Assembly: GCA_027317645.1 (NCBI GenBank)
Contig: DAHVQS010000003.1
Span: forward strand, 9,236 to 73,235
Reading direction: 5' to 3'
DNA: 64,000 bases
Source of the DNA: Paenalcaligenes sp.
GTDB lineage: Bacteria > Pseudomonadota > Gammaproteobacteria > Burkholderiales > Burkholderiaceae_B
The position numbers were made by a program, and so were the translations under genes. The notes below the pieces were generated by a model. It did no database searches and was not told the DNA's origin. It was given only the letters and a program-made list of their open reading frames with translations. Positions 9,444 to 20,330 of the stretch are shown here, in pieces. The number at the start of each line of letters is the position of its first letter. The stretch's first letter is position 1.

Positions 9444-10601
9444 TCAATTGGGTCGACGGGCGCGCAAGAACCGTCGATTGCGGTTTTCCAGTATTAGCAG
9501 AGCGATGAAAGCAGTAATGAGCATACTCAAATTGGGCAGTAGCGCAGTGACCCAAGGAGACCATTGGCTGAGCATGCCCAAGTTAAGAGTGAGTTGGTTG
9601 AGCATAAAAAACCCCACCCCAACCACAATGCCTAAAAAGATCTTTGAGCCTGCTCCGCCCCGGCGCGTTTGCATGAAACTGATCGGTGCCGCGATGGTGA
9701 TCATCACCAATAGGCTAAAGGGGTAGGCAAACTTGCGCCAGAGCGCCACCACCTGGCGTGTGGTTTGGAGCTGATTATCCTCAAGGTAGCTGATGTAATC
9801 CAGTAAATCTGCTGCCGCCATGCGTTCCGGGGTCAAAATACGCGCCAAGAGACGCTCTGAGGTCAGTGCGGTGGGCAAGACAGTGGAGGGGTCTGTTTCT
9901 ATCTTTATTAGTGGCTCTTGTGGGGCGGTTGTGTGCTCTAAAAAGTGTATGGCATCGGGATGGATGTTGGTCACCACGCTCTCATCTAGGCGTAGTTCTT
10001 CGTCTTTGAGTACACCGCTTTTTGCTTCGGTCATGGATTTCAGGTTGAGATGTTCATCCAGCAAATAAACGGTGATGTTTTGTACTTGTCCCTGACTTTG
10101 TAAGCGCTTGATATTGATGATACGGATGGTGCCGTCTTGGCCTTTTTCCCTAAACCAATAACCGCTGGACAGTCGACCGCCCCCTGCGCGCCCGATGATC
10201 TCTAAGCTCGCCTCATTGGCACGTATTTCCGTGCGTGGGGCAATGTACTCAGACAAAAGCATGGCTAACACCATGAGTGGAATGGTGATCGCCCACAGCA
10301 TCATGAGTAGTTTCATCCCACTGATGCCCGAGACGCGTAAAATCACGAGCTCGTTGCGCTGTGCTAACCCCGCCAGCGCCAAAATACTGCCAATGAGCAG
10401 GCCAATAGGTAACAGCTCATAGAGCTGCGTGGGCATGCTCAATGCCTCGAGATAGAGCAGATTAGCGACGCTAAAGGTGGCGCTCAGGCGGTCCAACTCG
10501 TCAATGAGATTGAAAAAAGTAAATAACCCCATCAAGGCCAAGAGGACAATCGCACTGGCACGATAAATTTCAGCAGCGAGATAGCGAAGGGCAATGCTCA
10601 T
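9444..10601 (-). CDS. lptG: LPS export ABC transporter permease LptG (YjgP/YjgQ family)
   Basis: 385 aa. Starts LRYLAAEI. Colinear with E. coli LptG as I remember it, for example GYWFREKG versus GLWAKDG and LLDYISYLE versus LHNYVKYLK. Confidence 0.75.
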   Translation of the reverse strand: MSIALRYLAAEIYRASAIVLLALMGLFTFFNLIDELDRLSATFSVANLLYLEALSMPTQLYELLPIGLLIGSILALAGLAQRNELVILRVSGISGMKLLMMLWAITIPLMVLAMLLSEYIAPRTEIRANEASLEIIGRAGGGRLSSGYWFREKGQDGTIRIINIKRLQSQGQVQNITVYLLDEHLNLKSMTEAKSGVLKDEELRLDESVVTNIHPDAIHFLEHTTAPQEPLIKIETDPSTVLPTALTSERLLARILTPERMAAADLLDYISYLEDNQLQTTRQVVALWRKFAYPFSLLVMITIAAPISFMQTRRGGAGSKIFLGIVVGVGFFMLNQLTLNLGMLSQWSPWVTALLPNLSMLITAFIALLILENRNRRFLRARRPN

Positions 10602-10606
10602 AGTGG

Positions 10607-11341
10607 TTAAGGTGTCTCTACCAAACGCATGCGCTGTGCGATGGTTTGGGTGCGTTGACGTAAATAGGGCGTCGCCCCGTGAGAATCATAATAGCGAGGG
10701 TTGGGTAACATCACCGCGAGTTGGGCGGCCTGCTGGGCAGAGAGCTGACCGGCCCCCGTATTAAAATAGCGTTGTGCTGCCGCCTGTGCCCCAAAGTGGC
10801 GATTGCCCCATTGGGCAATATTGAGGTAGAGCTCCATGATGCGCTTTTTACTGAGCATGAGCTCGAGCATATAAGCCAAGAGCAACTCTTGGGCTTTGCG
10901 TGCGTAGCTACGCTTGGGTGAAAGAAATAAGTTTTTAGCTAATTGCTGTGTGATGGTAGAGCCGCCGCGTCGCCGTGTTGAGCCCTTGCTCGCTTGGGCA
11001 CGATTATACGCCCAAGCATCGCGAATGGCATCCCATTCCACCCCATCATGGTATAAAAAATTTGAATCTTCAGAGGCGATGACCGCCCGGATGAGGTTGG
11101 GGTTGATCTGCTCGTAGTCTACCCACTCATGCACGATGCTAGCCGTTGGGTCTTCGGCGCGTAATTCCTTGATGGTGGCGCGCATAAAAGAGCTCGCCCT
11201 AGGATTAAACTGCTGATACCACAAAATACGGGCCATAAAGCTCAGTTGATAAAGCAAAAAAAAGATCACCAGCCCGACCAATAGATTGCGTATCCATTGG
11301 CGGCGATTCCAGTTGGGCCAGTGTAGTTTGCGCAGTCTCAT
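10607..11341 (-). CDS. mtgA: Monofunctional biosynthetic peptidoglycan transglycosylase
   Basis: GT51 motifs IASEDSNFLYHDGVEWD and GGSTITQQLAKNLFL. Start set at MRLRKLHWPN (ATG 11341), ahead of the TM helix. Confidence 0.88.
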   Translation of the reverse strand: MRLRKLHWPNWNRRQWIRNLLVGLVIFFLLYQLSFMARILWYQQFNPRASSFMRATIKELRAEDPTASIVHEWVDYEQINPNLIRAVIASEDSNFLYHDGVEWDAIRDAWAYNRAQASKGSTRRRGGSTITQQLAKNLFLSPKRSYARKAQELLLAYMLELMLSKKRIMELYLNIAQWGNRHFGAQAAAQRYFNTGAGQLSAQQAAQLAVMLPNPRYYDSHGATPYLRQRTQTIAQRMRLVETP

Positions 11342-11361
11342 GATGTATACAAAAGGGTAAC

Positions 11362-12201
11362 CTAGAGCTGTGCTCTGAGCTGTTGACGTACCGTAGTGGT
11401 TCCCGGGCGCTGCCCAAACCAAATGGCAAAGCTACTGGCCGCCTGCTCGACCAACATGCCCAATCCATCGGCGACCCGCTGCGCCCCTTGGGCCTGAGCA
11501 TGCTGCATAAATGGCGTGGGTTGGGCACCATAAACCATATCGTAAGCCAGGGCGTTGGGCGCATAATCAATGGCGCCATGCTGCAGGCCTGCCGTGCCCA
11601 AGCTGGCAGAGGTGGCGTTAATCACGATGTCCCACTGTCCTTGGGTATCCTGTAGGCTGCCAACTGCGAGTCGCGGGGCAAACTGAGGCTGCTGAGTGCT
11701 CAATTCCTCGGCGATTTGTGTGGCGCGGGCCGGGGTCCTATTGATGATCTTCAAGGTCTGAGCCCCTGCTTCTAACAAGGGAATCAAGACCCCACGGGTG
11801 GCGCCGCCCGCCCCAATAATCAAGATGCGCTGACCCTTGGGATCGGCATGGAGCCTTTTTAAATCATAGACCAACCCTTCGCCATCGGTATTACATCCAT
11901 GCAGTTGGCCCTCGGCCATCCATAGGGTATTGACTGCCCCGGCCAAGCGCGCACGTGGACTGCTGTGGGCAGCCAAAGCAAAGGCCCGTTCTTTAAATGG
12001 GACGGTGACATTGAGTCCATGGCCGCCGCGCGCAAAAAAATCTTGGACAGTGCGCTCAAAATCAGGGATCTCACTCAAAATGCGCTCATAATGCACATTT
12101 AGGCCCAAGCTGTGTGCAAAGGCATGGTGAATTTGAGGGGAAAGACTATGTGCGATGGGATGACCGATCACCGCGCAATGGGCAGGGGTTGGTGTATTCA
12201 T
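11362..12201 (-). CDS. aroE: Shikimate dehydrogenase
   Basis: 279 aa. Contains GHPIAHSLSPQIH, NVTVPFK, NTDGEG and IIGAGGATRG. Confidence 0.92.
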   Translation of the reverse strand: MNTPTPAHCAVIGHPIAHSLSPQIHHAFAHSLGLNVHYERILSEIPDFERTVQDFFARGGHGLNVTVPFKERAFALAAHSSPRARLAGAVNTLWMAEGQLHGCNTDGEGLVYDLKRLHADPKGQRILIIGAGGATRGVLIPLLEAGAQTLKIINRTPARATQIAEELSTQQPQFAPRLAVGSLQDTQGQWDIVINATSASLGTAGLQHGAIDYAPNALAYDMVYGAQPTPFMQHAQAQGAQRVADGLGMLVEQAASSFAIWFGQRPGTTTVRQQLRAQL

Positions 12202-13067
12202 GGTGCTGTTGTGCTGGTATGCAGTTGTCCTTGTTCAAAATGCCAGGTACGCGTGATGGCCAAGACATCCGTGTCTTTGGCCATCTCAGGGCTAAATGGC
12301 GCAAAGGGCGCTGCCAGATGAATAATCCGTCGGGCGGCCAAATTAAAAATTGGATCATCAGCGGGTTGGTCAATATCAACGCGTTGTATCTCGCCGCTGT
12401 GGTTAATATATACCGTGATTTGTAAACTAGCGGAAGCTTTGCCACGGGCCTGTTCTGGATAATGCTCCGTACCGATTTGTTCTATTTTGGCCTGCCACGC
12501 CTGAATATAAGCCGCAAAAGGCGATGCCTGCGTGCTGGGCCCCACAAAGGTATAGCGCGGGCGTGCCTGGGCGCGCTCAATGCGTAGTGCGATCTCAGCC
12601 AGGCGCTGTTGCACAATAGTGAGGTCATCATCGCCTTGCCCCGTGGGCATGAGTTTCGGTGCGGTATCGGCCTCGGGTGTGGTGGAGGCAATATTTTCTG
12701 CCTGTTCTTGGAGTCGATGCAGTAATTCGCGTTGTTCGGTTTCCAGCTCTTGTTGTTTCCGTTGTAAGGCCTGTAAAAATAGATTGTCGATGCTCAAGGG
12801 CCCACTGCCATGCAGGGGGCTGCTGGCGACTCCCTCAGCGTCCTCTCCGCCACCCTGGGCATCCCATTGGGCCAAACGCTCTGCAATATCGGGGGTTTCT
12901 AAAGTGCGGTAATTAATCACTGCGGTGGGTAAATCAGGGGTCTGGGCGCGCATTTTTTCTCCACTCGGTAGCCAGGCCCAAATCAGCAGTACATGCAGCA
13001 GCACAGAGACCACTGCTGCAGGCCATAAATAATCTTTATCTAAGGGGTTTTGTTTTACTCTGCGCAT
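12198..13067 (-). CDS. TonB-family protein (N-terminal anchor, coiled/charged linker, TonB-C-like domain)
   Basis: 289 aa. TM anchor WPAAVVSVLLHVLLIWAW. C-terminal segment SASLQITVYINHSGEIQRVDIDQ resembles the TonB C-terminal fold. ATGA overlap with aroE. Confidence 0.55.
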   Translation of the reverse strand: MRRVKQNPLDKDYLWPAAVVSVLLHVLLIWAWLPSGEKMRAQTPDLPTAVINYRTLETPDIAERLAQWDAQGGGEDAEGVASSPLHGSGPLSIDNLFLQALQRKQQELETEQRELLHRLQEQAENIASTTPEADTAPKLMPTGQGDDDLTIVQQRLAEIALRIERAQARPRYTFVGPSTQASPFAAYIQAWQAKIEQIGTEHYPEQARGKASASLQITVYINHSGEIQRVDIDQPADDPIFNLAARRIIHLAAPFAPFSPEMAKDTDVLAITRTWHFEQGQLHTSTTAP

Positions 13068-14968
13068 GCATCATCAGGGGTGCAAACCTCGATTAAACGA
13101 CAGCCCAAGCTAAGATCTACCTCATTGATATCGAGCACCTCGATCCAAACCCCTTGGCCGCGTTCGAGCTCTGGGAGCCCCGGCACAGAGGTGACCAGAG
13201 GGACTTCGGTAAAACGCACCAGATCATTACGAATGACTTGGGCATGCAAGTGGGTCTTTTGTTGTTGCTGTAACCAACGCAGGGCCCAGTATCTTTCAAT
13301 TTTATGCTGAAAGGCATTCCAAGCACTATATTGCTCTTCAAAGGTGCTGATGACGGCAAACAGGTCTGGATCCTTGGGTTGATAGGGAGCGACTAACCGA
13401 GCAGATACCCCATGCTGAGCCGCCGCAATGATTTGTCGTTGATTGGCTAAATCAATATAGCGGCGCAAAGGAGAGGTGGCCCACATGTAATAAGGCACGC
13501 CAATACTTTTATGCGGCAGTGCATGTGTTGACATGCGCGTGCGCATATTTTGCTGCGAACGAAAGGCCGCTGGCAGGCCATGCTGCTGTAACAAGCCGGC
13601 CCAAAGCATGTTGGTCAAAATCATGAGCTCTGCGGTGATGATTCCCAGGGGCGATTGTCGGTCACGCGGAATCAAATGAACGGTGCTATTAGGGTCATCT
13701 GCAGGCCCCTCTAATTCAAAGAGAAACTCGGCACGGTCGTTATTTTCAGGCCAACCGCGCGCCTCTTCGCGTTGTTGGCGCAGCCGTTGGGTGGCTGTCC
13801 ACAAGGGACGCAGAAAGTCGCCATAAGGAATCGATTGCGCGGGGTCTTCAAGTGCGTCTTGGTTGATTTGGCCTTTGAGATTTTCATGAAAAAGGTTTTG
13901 AGTGACGCGAATACGCTCTATGCGCGTGGCATGGGTCAGCACCTCACCGCTTTCGAGATCCAAATCCACATACAAAGACAGGGTGGGCCGTTCTTGGTTT
14001 TCCAACAAAGAGAACTGCTCGATCAAGGCCTCTGGCAGCATAGGGATCTTTTGCCCCGGCATATAAACAGTGGCCATCCGCTGGCGCGCTTGTTCGTCCC
14101 AGTGAGAGTGTCGCTCAATGCCCAGTGCCGGCACTGCAATATGGATACCAATACGTAGGCGCTGAGCGTCCAACGGTTGTATTGAAAAGGCATCGTCAAT
14201 TTCTGTAGTGCCCGCATCATCGATGGAGTACGCCTCAACGGTAGCCTCGGGGTAGGCTTGGAGATCCAGCGTGCAGGAGGGGACGGTGCCCTCAAAGGCC
14301 AAGCCTTTGGGAAAATGCTCAGAAAAGAATTGATGACGGTGTAGTGCCAAAGGACTGGACCAAGCATTCAGCTCGAGTAATAACGTTTCTGGACTACATT
14401 TTTTGGCATCTAAGGCGGCTTGAAAGGCCTTCCACTCTGTGCTGTTTTTATCCGGGCGTAGGAGTAAATCTTCGGCCTGGGCCGCGATTTCGTCAGGTAA
14501 TTCACCTCGGAGCATGGCCTCGGTCAATGCTTCTTGGCGCTCTTCTTCGAGGCGACGACGCTCAATGGCCGCCAAGGCAGCCCGCAAGGTTTCCGGTGGG
14601 GCTGGGCGGTATTTACCGGCCCCACGACGATGAAAATAAGCAGGTGCAGCATGCACGGCAAAAATAAAGGCTGCTTTTTGCACGGCGCTGGGTTGGGCCG
14701 TCCCATAATATTCCGCGGCAAATTCCGCGGCCTCAAACCCTTCTGCGGGGGCGCATTCCCAGACAAAATCAATGTCAATGTCTGCGGCCAACGACTCGGC
14801 TTGGGCGAGCAATTGGTCGGGCTCAGGGCGCTCGAATTCCATAAACACGCGATCCGTGCGAATTTTAGAGCGTTTACCCGTGGCAGATTCGACTTGTAGA
14901 CTGCGTTCAGCGCGCGAAAAAACTTTTTCCGCCTTGAATCTACTGTTATCTTCGTAAAGGACGTACAT
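13055..14968 (-). CDS. RNB-domain exoribonuclease (RNase II/R family)
   Basis: 637 aa. RNB signature YSIDDAGTTEIDDAFS, then YMWATSPLRRYIDL. Confidence 0.85.
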   Translation of the reverse strand: MYVLYEDNSRFKAEKVFSRAERSLQVESATGKRSKIRTDRVFMEFERPEPDQLLAQAESLAADIDIDFVWECAPAEGFEAAEFAAEYYGTAQPSAVQKAAFIFAVHAAPAYFHRRGAGKYRPAPPETLRAALAAIERRRLEEERQEALTEAMLRGELPDEIAAQAEDLLLRPDKNSTEWKAFQAALDAKKCSPETLLLELNAWSSPLALHRHQFFSEHFPKGLAFEGTVPSCTLDLQAYPEATVEAYSIDDAGTTEIDDAFSIQPLDAQRLRIGIHIAVPALGIERHSHWDEQARQRMATVYMPGQKIPMLPEALIEQFSLLENQERPTLSLYVDLDLESGEVLTHATRIERIRVTQNLFHENLKGQINQDALEDPAQSIPYGDFLRPLWTATQRLRQQREEARGWPENNDRAEFLFELEGPADDPNSTVHLIPRDRQSPLGIITAELMILTNMLWAGLLQQHGLPAAFRSQQNMRTRMSTHALPHKSIGVPYYMWATSPLRRYIDLANQRQIIAAAQHGVSARLVAPYQPKDPDLFAVISTFEEQYSAWNAFQHKIERYWALRWLQQQQKTHLHAQVIRNDLVRFTEVPLVTSVPGLPELERGQGVWIEVLDINEVDLSLGCRLIEVCTPDDACAE

Positions 14969-15028
14969 TGCTTGACAGGCCTGTAGGTGAGCTAAAAGTG
15001 CAAATAAGTGACTGAAAGGGCGGTGTGT

Positions 15029-15643
15029 TTAGCCATCATGACGCGTGGACTGGCGTGTCGCAGCATCTGTTCCATCCAGAAAGGCAAAAACTTGTGGCAG
15101 ATAGTTTTCAAAATCTGAAAGCCCATGATCACTGCCGGAAATAATCTCTTGTTTGGCCCCAGCGTAATGCGCCGCCATTTCGCGCCAATCCAACAGCTCA
15201 TCACCGGTGGCAGCGATGAGAAAGTAGCGTTCGGGGTGTGTGATCTGGGAAATTTCAAGGGCAGCCAACGCCGCCACATCGGCCTCAGTAAACTCAAAAG
15301 GCTCATTGGTATGAAAATTAGTGAGTGGGCCGACATAATGTGCCAGATCACGGGCAGCATGCACGACGGGATTGAGCGCCACGCACTGTGCATCGGGCCA
15401 TTGTTCAGCGAGGTAAGTGGCATAAAAACCGCCCAGCGACGAACCCATAATAGTCAGTGGCTGGCCGGGTTGGTGATGCGTGTTGATCAGTTGGCGGCAT
15501 TGCTCAATGGCGCGTGCAGGTTGTGTGCTTAGCTGAGGACAGTGCCATCGCTGGGCCTGACCCCGCGCTTGTAAGGCGCCATACATGATCTGAGATTTTG
15601 CAGATAAAGGCGAAGAGCGAAAGCCGTGTAGATAAAGAAACAT
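15029..15643 (-). CDS. YqiA/YcfP-family alpha/beta esterase
   Basis: 204 aa. Starts MFLYLHGFRSSP. Nucleophile elbow GSSLGG. Confidence 0.75.
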   Translation of the reverse strand: MFLYLHGFRSSPLSAKSQIMYGALQARGQAQRWHCPQLSTQPARAIEQCRQLINTHHQPGQPLTIMGSSLGGFYATYLAEQWPDAQCVALNPVVHAARDLAHYVGPLTNFHTNEPFEFTEADVAALAALEISQITHPERYFLIAATGDELLDWREMAAHYAGAKQEIISGSDHGLSDFENYLPQVFAFLDGTDAATRQSTRHDG

Positions 15644-15663
15644 GATGCGAGATAGTTAAAAGC

Positions 15664-17034
15664 TTATGAATCAAAGCGCGCCTGCAAAGCCTGCAGGATC
15701 CGGTCGTGAACATTGCCAAAATGACCGTTGCTCATCACGATGATTTTATCGTTTGGGGCAGCGGCATGAGCCACCGCCTGGGCCAAAGCGTCGTATTGGT
15801 AGTGGACGTGTAAGCGTTCACCCAGCGCGGATAACGCCTCTTGAGCATTCCATTTTAAAGCATGTTTACCCTCAGTTTCTTGGTAACAAAACACACTGTC
15901 TGCATGCCCGAGCGCCGCCGGTAAATCGGCCACCAAGGCACCCTCGCGCATGGTGTTGGAACGCGGCTCGAAGACGGCGATGATGCGCCCCGAAGACAGG
16001 TTTTTACGCACGCCCTGCAAAGTGGTGGTGATTGCAGTGGGATGGTGGGCAAAATCATCAAAAACCTCGATATCCGCGACTGTGCCACGTAACTCTAGTC
16101 GTCGTTTGATGCCTTGGAACACGCTCAGGGCCGCGCAAGCATTGTCCAAGCTCACGCCTACTTGGTGGCTGGCAGCAATGGCGGCGAGTGCATTTTGTGC
16201 ATTGTGCTCACCGCGTAGCCCCCACTCGATGATCGCGCTATCGGCACCGTGATGAATGCGCAGATGCCCATTGGGTTGCCATTGGTAGTGCCAGCCTTGG
16301 GGCGTATTCAAACGAGTGACCGGCGTCCAACAGCCCCGCTCAAGGACGCGATCCAAAGCCGGGCTGTCGGCGGGGCTCAAAATGGCTCCATTGTTGGGTA
16401 TGGTGCGTACAAAATGATGAAACTGGGTTTCGATGGCTGCTAAATCTGGAAAAATGTCGGCATGATCAAATTCTAGGTTGTGTAAAATGGCCGTGCGGGC
16501 ATGGTAATGCACAAACTTTGAGCGCTTATCAAAAAAAGCGGTGTCGTATTCATCCGCCTCGATGACAAAGAGTTCGCCGCGCGGGTCAAAATGTGCGGAC
16601 ACCTCTAGATCGGGGGCAATGCCACCGATGAGAAAATTGGGGTGGCGACCGGCATGCTTTAATATCCACGCCAGCATTGAGCTGGTGGTGGTTTTGCCAT
16701 GTGTGCCAGCGACAGCTAATACATGCTGATGACGTAAAATATGATCGCCTAACCACTGTGGCCCCGAGGTATAGGGCAGGCCCCGTGCCAGGATCGCCTC
16801 CATCAGCGGATTGCCACGGGCCACCACATTGCCGATCACAAAAAGATCGGGCTTGAGCTCGAGTTGCTCGGTGCCAAAGCCCTCGATGAGTGCAATGCCC
16901 TGCTCCTCTAGCTGGGTGCTCATGGGCGGATAAACGCCGGCATCACAGCCAGTGACCTTGTGCCCTGCCGCACGTGCGAGCAAGGCCAGCCCACCCATAA
17001 ATGTCCCACAAATCCCTAAAATATGAATATGCAT
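15664..17034 (-). CDS. mpl: UDP-N-acetylmuramate:L-alanyl-gamma-D-glutamyl-meso-DAP ligase
   Basis: 456 aa. Starts MHIHILGICGTFMGGLA. Mur ligase P-loop AGTHGKTTT. Length and N-terminus are typical of Mpl. Confidence 0.9.
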   Translation of the reverse strand: MHIHILGICGTFMGGLALLARAAGHKVTGCDAGVYPPMSTQLEEQGIALIEGFGTEQLELKPDLFVIGNVVARGNPLMEAILARGLPYTSGPQWLGDHILRHQHVLAVAGTHGKTTTSSMLAWILKHAGRHPNFLIGGIAPDLEVSAHFDPRGELFVIEADEYDTAFFDKRSKFVHYHARTAILHNLEFDHADIFPDLAAIETQFHHFVRTIPNNGAILSPADSPALDRVLERGCWTPVTRLNTPQGWHYQWQPNGHLRIHHGADSAIIEWGLRGEHNAQNALAAIAASHQVGVSLDNACAALSVFQGIKRRLELRGTVADIEVFDDFAHHPTAITTTLQGVRKNLSSGRIIAVFEPRSNTMREGALVADLPAALGHADSVFCYQETEGKHALKWNAQEALSALGERLHVHYQYDALAQAVAHAAAPNDKIIVMSNGHFGNVHDRILQALQARFDS

Positions 17035-17215
17035 CTGCTCTCCCGGCCCATTAAATTAACTGCACGCATGCAGCTTGATAATAAAGCAAGGAAACTTAAA
17101 AGCAAATGCACAGACCAACCAACATGGGCGTGAATCATACACTGCGTTTTGCCGCTTTATTAATCATTGAGATGACTGCACTCAATGTACTTAAGGGGTA
17201 GGAAAGGCCAAATCA

Positions 17216-17749
17216 ATGCAACGTCGACAATTTTTACAATATTTGAGTTTTGGGGCGGTCGTGACCTGGGGTGGGTCATTACCTGCGTATGCCGCCTCTG
17301 ATGAAGAGGCCCCCAAAGATTTCTTTGCGCTCAAGTTTAGCGATTTACAAGGCGACGAAGTAGATTTACAGCCCTACCAGGGGCGTCCTTTGGTCGTTAA
17401 TTTTTGGGCCAGTTGGTGCCCGCCCTGCGTCGAGGAAATGCCCGATCTCGAGCAGCTGAGCCAGGCTTATCCAGAGGTGCAGTTTCTAGGGCTGGCCATT
17501 GATACACAGCGCAATATCAAAAAATTCCTCCAAGAGGTGCCAGTGACGTATGACTTATTGATACCGGGCTATGCCGGCGTCGAGGTGATGCGTGATTTGG
17601 GTAATAGCAAAGGGGGCTTGCCCTTTACTGTGCTATTTAATGCGCAGGGAGAACAACACAAACACATCTTGGGGCAAATTGATCCGCAATCGCTCAGTGA
17701 GGATATCGAGGCCTTACAAGCGGGTACAGAGCAAAAAACACAGACCTAA
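17216..17749 (+). CDS. TlpA-family periplasmic thiol:disulfide oxidoreductase
   Basis: 177 aa. Signal with an RRQFL twin-arginine-like motif. Thioredoxin active site WASWCPPC. Confidence 0.8.
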   Translation: MQRRQFLQYLSFGAVVTWGGSLPAYAASDEEAPKDFFALKFSDLQGDEVDLQPYQGRPLVVNFWASWCPPCVEEMPDLEQLSQAYPEVQFLGLAIDTQRNIKKFLQEVPVTYDLLIPGYAGVEVMRDLGNSKGGLPFTVLFNAQGEQHKHILGQIDPQSLSEDIEALQAGTEQKTQT

Positions 17750-17929
17750 AGGACCACAACGAGAGCGTTTCACTGTATATTAGGTAAATATCATCTCATT
17801 GAACGCGCCCGAGACGTCCATTAAAGACCGCTCAATCAGCGCGAAAACATTTACATTCAGTGCAAATAGATAGACAAACGCAATAATTTAGCGTACAACT
17901 GCCTTCTGTTGATTTTGGTTTATTGAACC

Positions 17930-18385
17930 ATGGCGAAAACGATTCTCGTACTACACGGCCCTAACCTCAATCTGTTAGGACAGCGCGAGCCAGATATTTA
18001 CGGTGCAACGACGTTGGCTGATATTGATCAGCGTCTGCATGAGCTTGCAGCCCACCACCAAGCGCGCTGTCTATGCTTTCAGAGTAATAGCGAGGGGGCT
18101 TTGGTAGAGCGCATTCATCAGGCTTCCACGCAGGGGGTCGATGCCATCATCATTAATGCCGGCGCTTATACGCATACGAGTATTGCAATCCGTGATGCCC
18201 TGGCCGGAGTGGCGATTCCTTTTATTGAGGTGCACCTCTCCAATGTCTATCAGCGCGAGCCGTTTAGGCATCATTCGTATTTGTCGGCCCTGGCCCAGGG
18301 CGTTATCGTTGGGCTCGGTGCTTATGGCTACGAGGCTGCACTGCGGTACGCCCTGGATATACACGCGCCGTCGTTCAGTAAATAA
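17930..18385 (+). CDS. aroQ: Type II 3-dehydroquinate dehydratase
   Basis: 151 aa. Contains [33 protein letters not shown] and EVHLSN. Confidence 0.95.
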   Translation: MAKTILVLHGPNLNLLGQREPDIYGATTLADIDQRLHELAAHHQARCLCFQSNSEGALVERIHQASTQGVDAIIINAGAYTHTSIAIRDALAGVAIPFIEVHLSNVYQREPFRHHSYLSALAQGVIVGLGAYGYEAALRYALDIHAPSFSK

Positions 18386-18451
18386 ATTCCTTATTTGTTG
18401 ACTGACCACTATGCTGGCTCAGCAAAAGTACAAACGATTCAGGATGCATGC

Positions 18452-18922
18452 ATGGATCTTAGAAAACTCAAAACCCTAATTGATTTAGTTGCCGAATCAG
18501 ATATTTCTGAACTCGAGGTTACCGAAGGTGACGGCAAGGTACGTATTGTCAAGACACCGCCCGCACCCGAGCAACCCGTCGTTTACGCGGCGCCACCGGC
18601 AGAAACTGCCGTGGTCGCACCTGCGGCTGCACCCGCTGCTGGGGCCGACGCGGCGCCTGCAGCTGAGCCTGCCGAAGAGCAGTACGATGGGCATACGGTA
18701 TTGGCCCCAATGGTGGGTACCTTTTATCGCGCACCTAGCCCAGGTGCCGCACCTTTTGTCGAGGTGGGGCAGACCGTCCAAGAGGGTGAGGCTCTGTGCA
18801 TTGTCGAGGCCATGAAGCTACTAAACGAGATCGAGGCCGACCGCGCAGGGGTAATCAAGGCAGTATTGGTTGAAAATGGTGAGCCCGTCGAATTTGGGCA
18901 GCCTTTGTTTGTGATCGGCTAA
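18452..18922 (+). CDS. accB: Biotin carboxyl carrier protein of acetyl-CoA carboxylase
   Basis: Starts [13 protein letters not shown]. Ala/Pro-rich linker. Biotinyl-lysine motif [10 protein letters not shown]. Start moved to the internal ATG at 18452. Confidence 0.9.
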   Translation: MDLRKLKTLIDLVAESDISELEVTEGDGKVRIVKTPPAPEQPVVYAAPPAETAVVAPAAAPAAGADAAPAAEPAEEQYDGHTVLAPMVGTFYRAPSPGAAPFVEVGQTVQEGEALCIVEAMKLLNEIEADRAGVIKAVLVENGEPVEFGQPLFVIG

Positions 18923-18927
18923 CTCAT

Positions 18928-20271
18928 ATGTTTGAAAAAATCCTTATCGCAAACCGCGGGGAGATTGCCCTGCGTATACAGCGTGCTTGCCGAGAACTGG
19001 GCATTAAAACCGTAGTGGTGCATTCTGAGGCCGATCGTGATGCCAAATATGTGCGTCTGGCTGATGAGTCTGTGTGCATCGGGCCTGCTTCAGTACGCGA
19101 CAGTTATTTAAACATGCCGGCCATTATTGCGGCTGCCGAGGTAACGGATGCCGAAGCCATCCACCCGGGCTATGGTTTTTTGGCCGAAAGCGCTGATTTT
19201 GCTGAGCGGGTTGAAAAAAGCGGTTTTGTATTTATTGGCCCACGTCCAGAGACCATCCGCCTGATGGGGGACAAGGTGACCGCCAAAAAAACCATGATAG
19301 AGGCCAAGGTGCCAGTGGTGCCCGGCTCTGAGGGCGCGTTACCCGATGACCCCGATGAGATTCTGCGCATGGCCCGCGACATCGGCTATCCAGTGATTGT
19401 CAAAGCCACCGGCGGTGGCGGCGGGCGCGGGATGCGGGTGGTCTTTACCGAGGGGGCATTGCTGACCGCGGTGGCGACCACGCGGGCAGAGGCCGAGGTG
19501 GCCTTTGGCAACCCCGAGGTTTATATGGAGAAATACCTCGAAAACCCGCGCCACATTGAAATACAAATTTTGGCAGATGAGCATGGCAATGCCATATGGT
19601 TGGGCGAGCGCGACTGCTCTATGCAGCGTCGCCATCAAAAGATCATCGAAGAGGCACCTGCCCCTGATATCCCCCGTAAATTGATTGAGCGTATTAGCGA
19701 GCGCGCAGTACAGGCTTGCCGCAAGCTCAACTACCGAGGGGCCGGTACTTTTGAGTTTCTCTACGAGGATGGCGAGTTTTATTTCATTGAAATGAATACG
19801 CGTATCCAGGTAGAGCACACCATTACCGAAATGATCACCGGTTTGGACCTGGTCCAAGAGCAGATACGGATTGCGGCGGGCCAAAAGCTCAGCCTACGCC
19901 AGCGTGATGTCATGTTCCGCGGGCATTCTATTGAGTGCCGTATTAATGCCGAGGACCCCTATAACTTTTTACCCAGTCCGGGACGTATTAATCAATGGCA
20001 TACTCCGGGTGGTCCGGGGGTGCGCTTAGATTCACATGTCTTTGCAGGCTATACCGTGCCACCGTATTATGACTCGATGATCGCCAAGCTGATCACTTAC
20101 GGTGAAACACGTGAGCAGGCCATCGCGCGGATGGACATTGCTTTGTCAGAAATGATTGTCGAGGGCGTGCACACCAATATCCCTCTGCATCGAGAGTTAA
20201 TGCAGGATGAGGGCTTTAAACAAGGAGGGGTGAGCATCCACTACCTTGAGGATAAGCTGGCTAAAAAATAG
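18928..20271 (+). CDS. accC: Biotin carboxylase
   Basis: 447 aa. Starts [20 protein letters not shown]-grasp motifs. Confidence 0.97.
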   Translation: MFEKILIANRGEIALRIQRACRELGIKTVVVHSEADRDAKYVRLADESVCIGPASVRDSYLNMPAIIAAAEVTDAEAIHPGYGFLAESADFAERVEKSGFVFIGPRPETIRLMGDKVTAKKTMIEAKVPVVPGSEGALPDDPDEILRMARDIGYPVIVKATGGGGGRGMRVVFTEGALLTAVATTRAEAEVAFGNPEVYMEKYLENPRHIEIQILADEHGNAIWLGERDCSMQRRHQKIIEEAPAPDIPRKLIERISERAVQACRKLNYRGAGTFEFLYEDGEFYFIEMNTRIQVEHTITEMITGLDLVQEQIRIAAGQKLSLRQRDVMFRGHSIECRINAEDPYNFLPSPGRINQWHTPGGPGVRLDSHVFAGYTVPPYYDSMIAKLITYGETREQAIARMDIALSEMIVEGVHTNIPLHRELMQDEGFKQGGVSIHYLEDKLAKK

Positions 20272-20291
20272 TAAATAATTAATCTATGAAA

Positions 20292-20317
20292 ACAGGGCAC
20301 GCACCCTGTTTTCTTTT
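20292..20317 (+). terminator. Intrinsic terminator after accC
   Basis: ACAGGG-CACGCA-CCCTGT followed by TTTTCTTTT. Confidence 0.6.
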
Positions 20318-20330
20318 ATGGGAAGAGTGC

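Noticed and set aside
18489-18815. Overlapping ORFs within accB (plus and minus strands)
   Set aside because: They are generated by the GC-rich Ala/Pro linker of AccB. The AccB frame carries the biotinylation motif.
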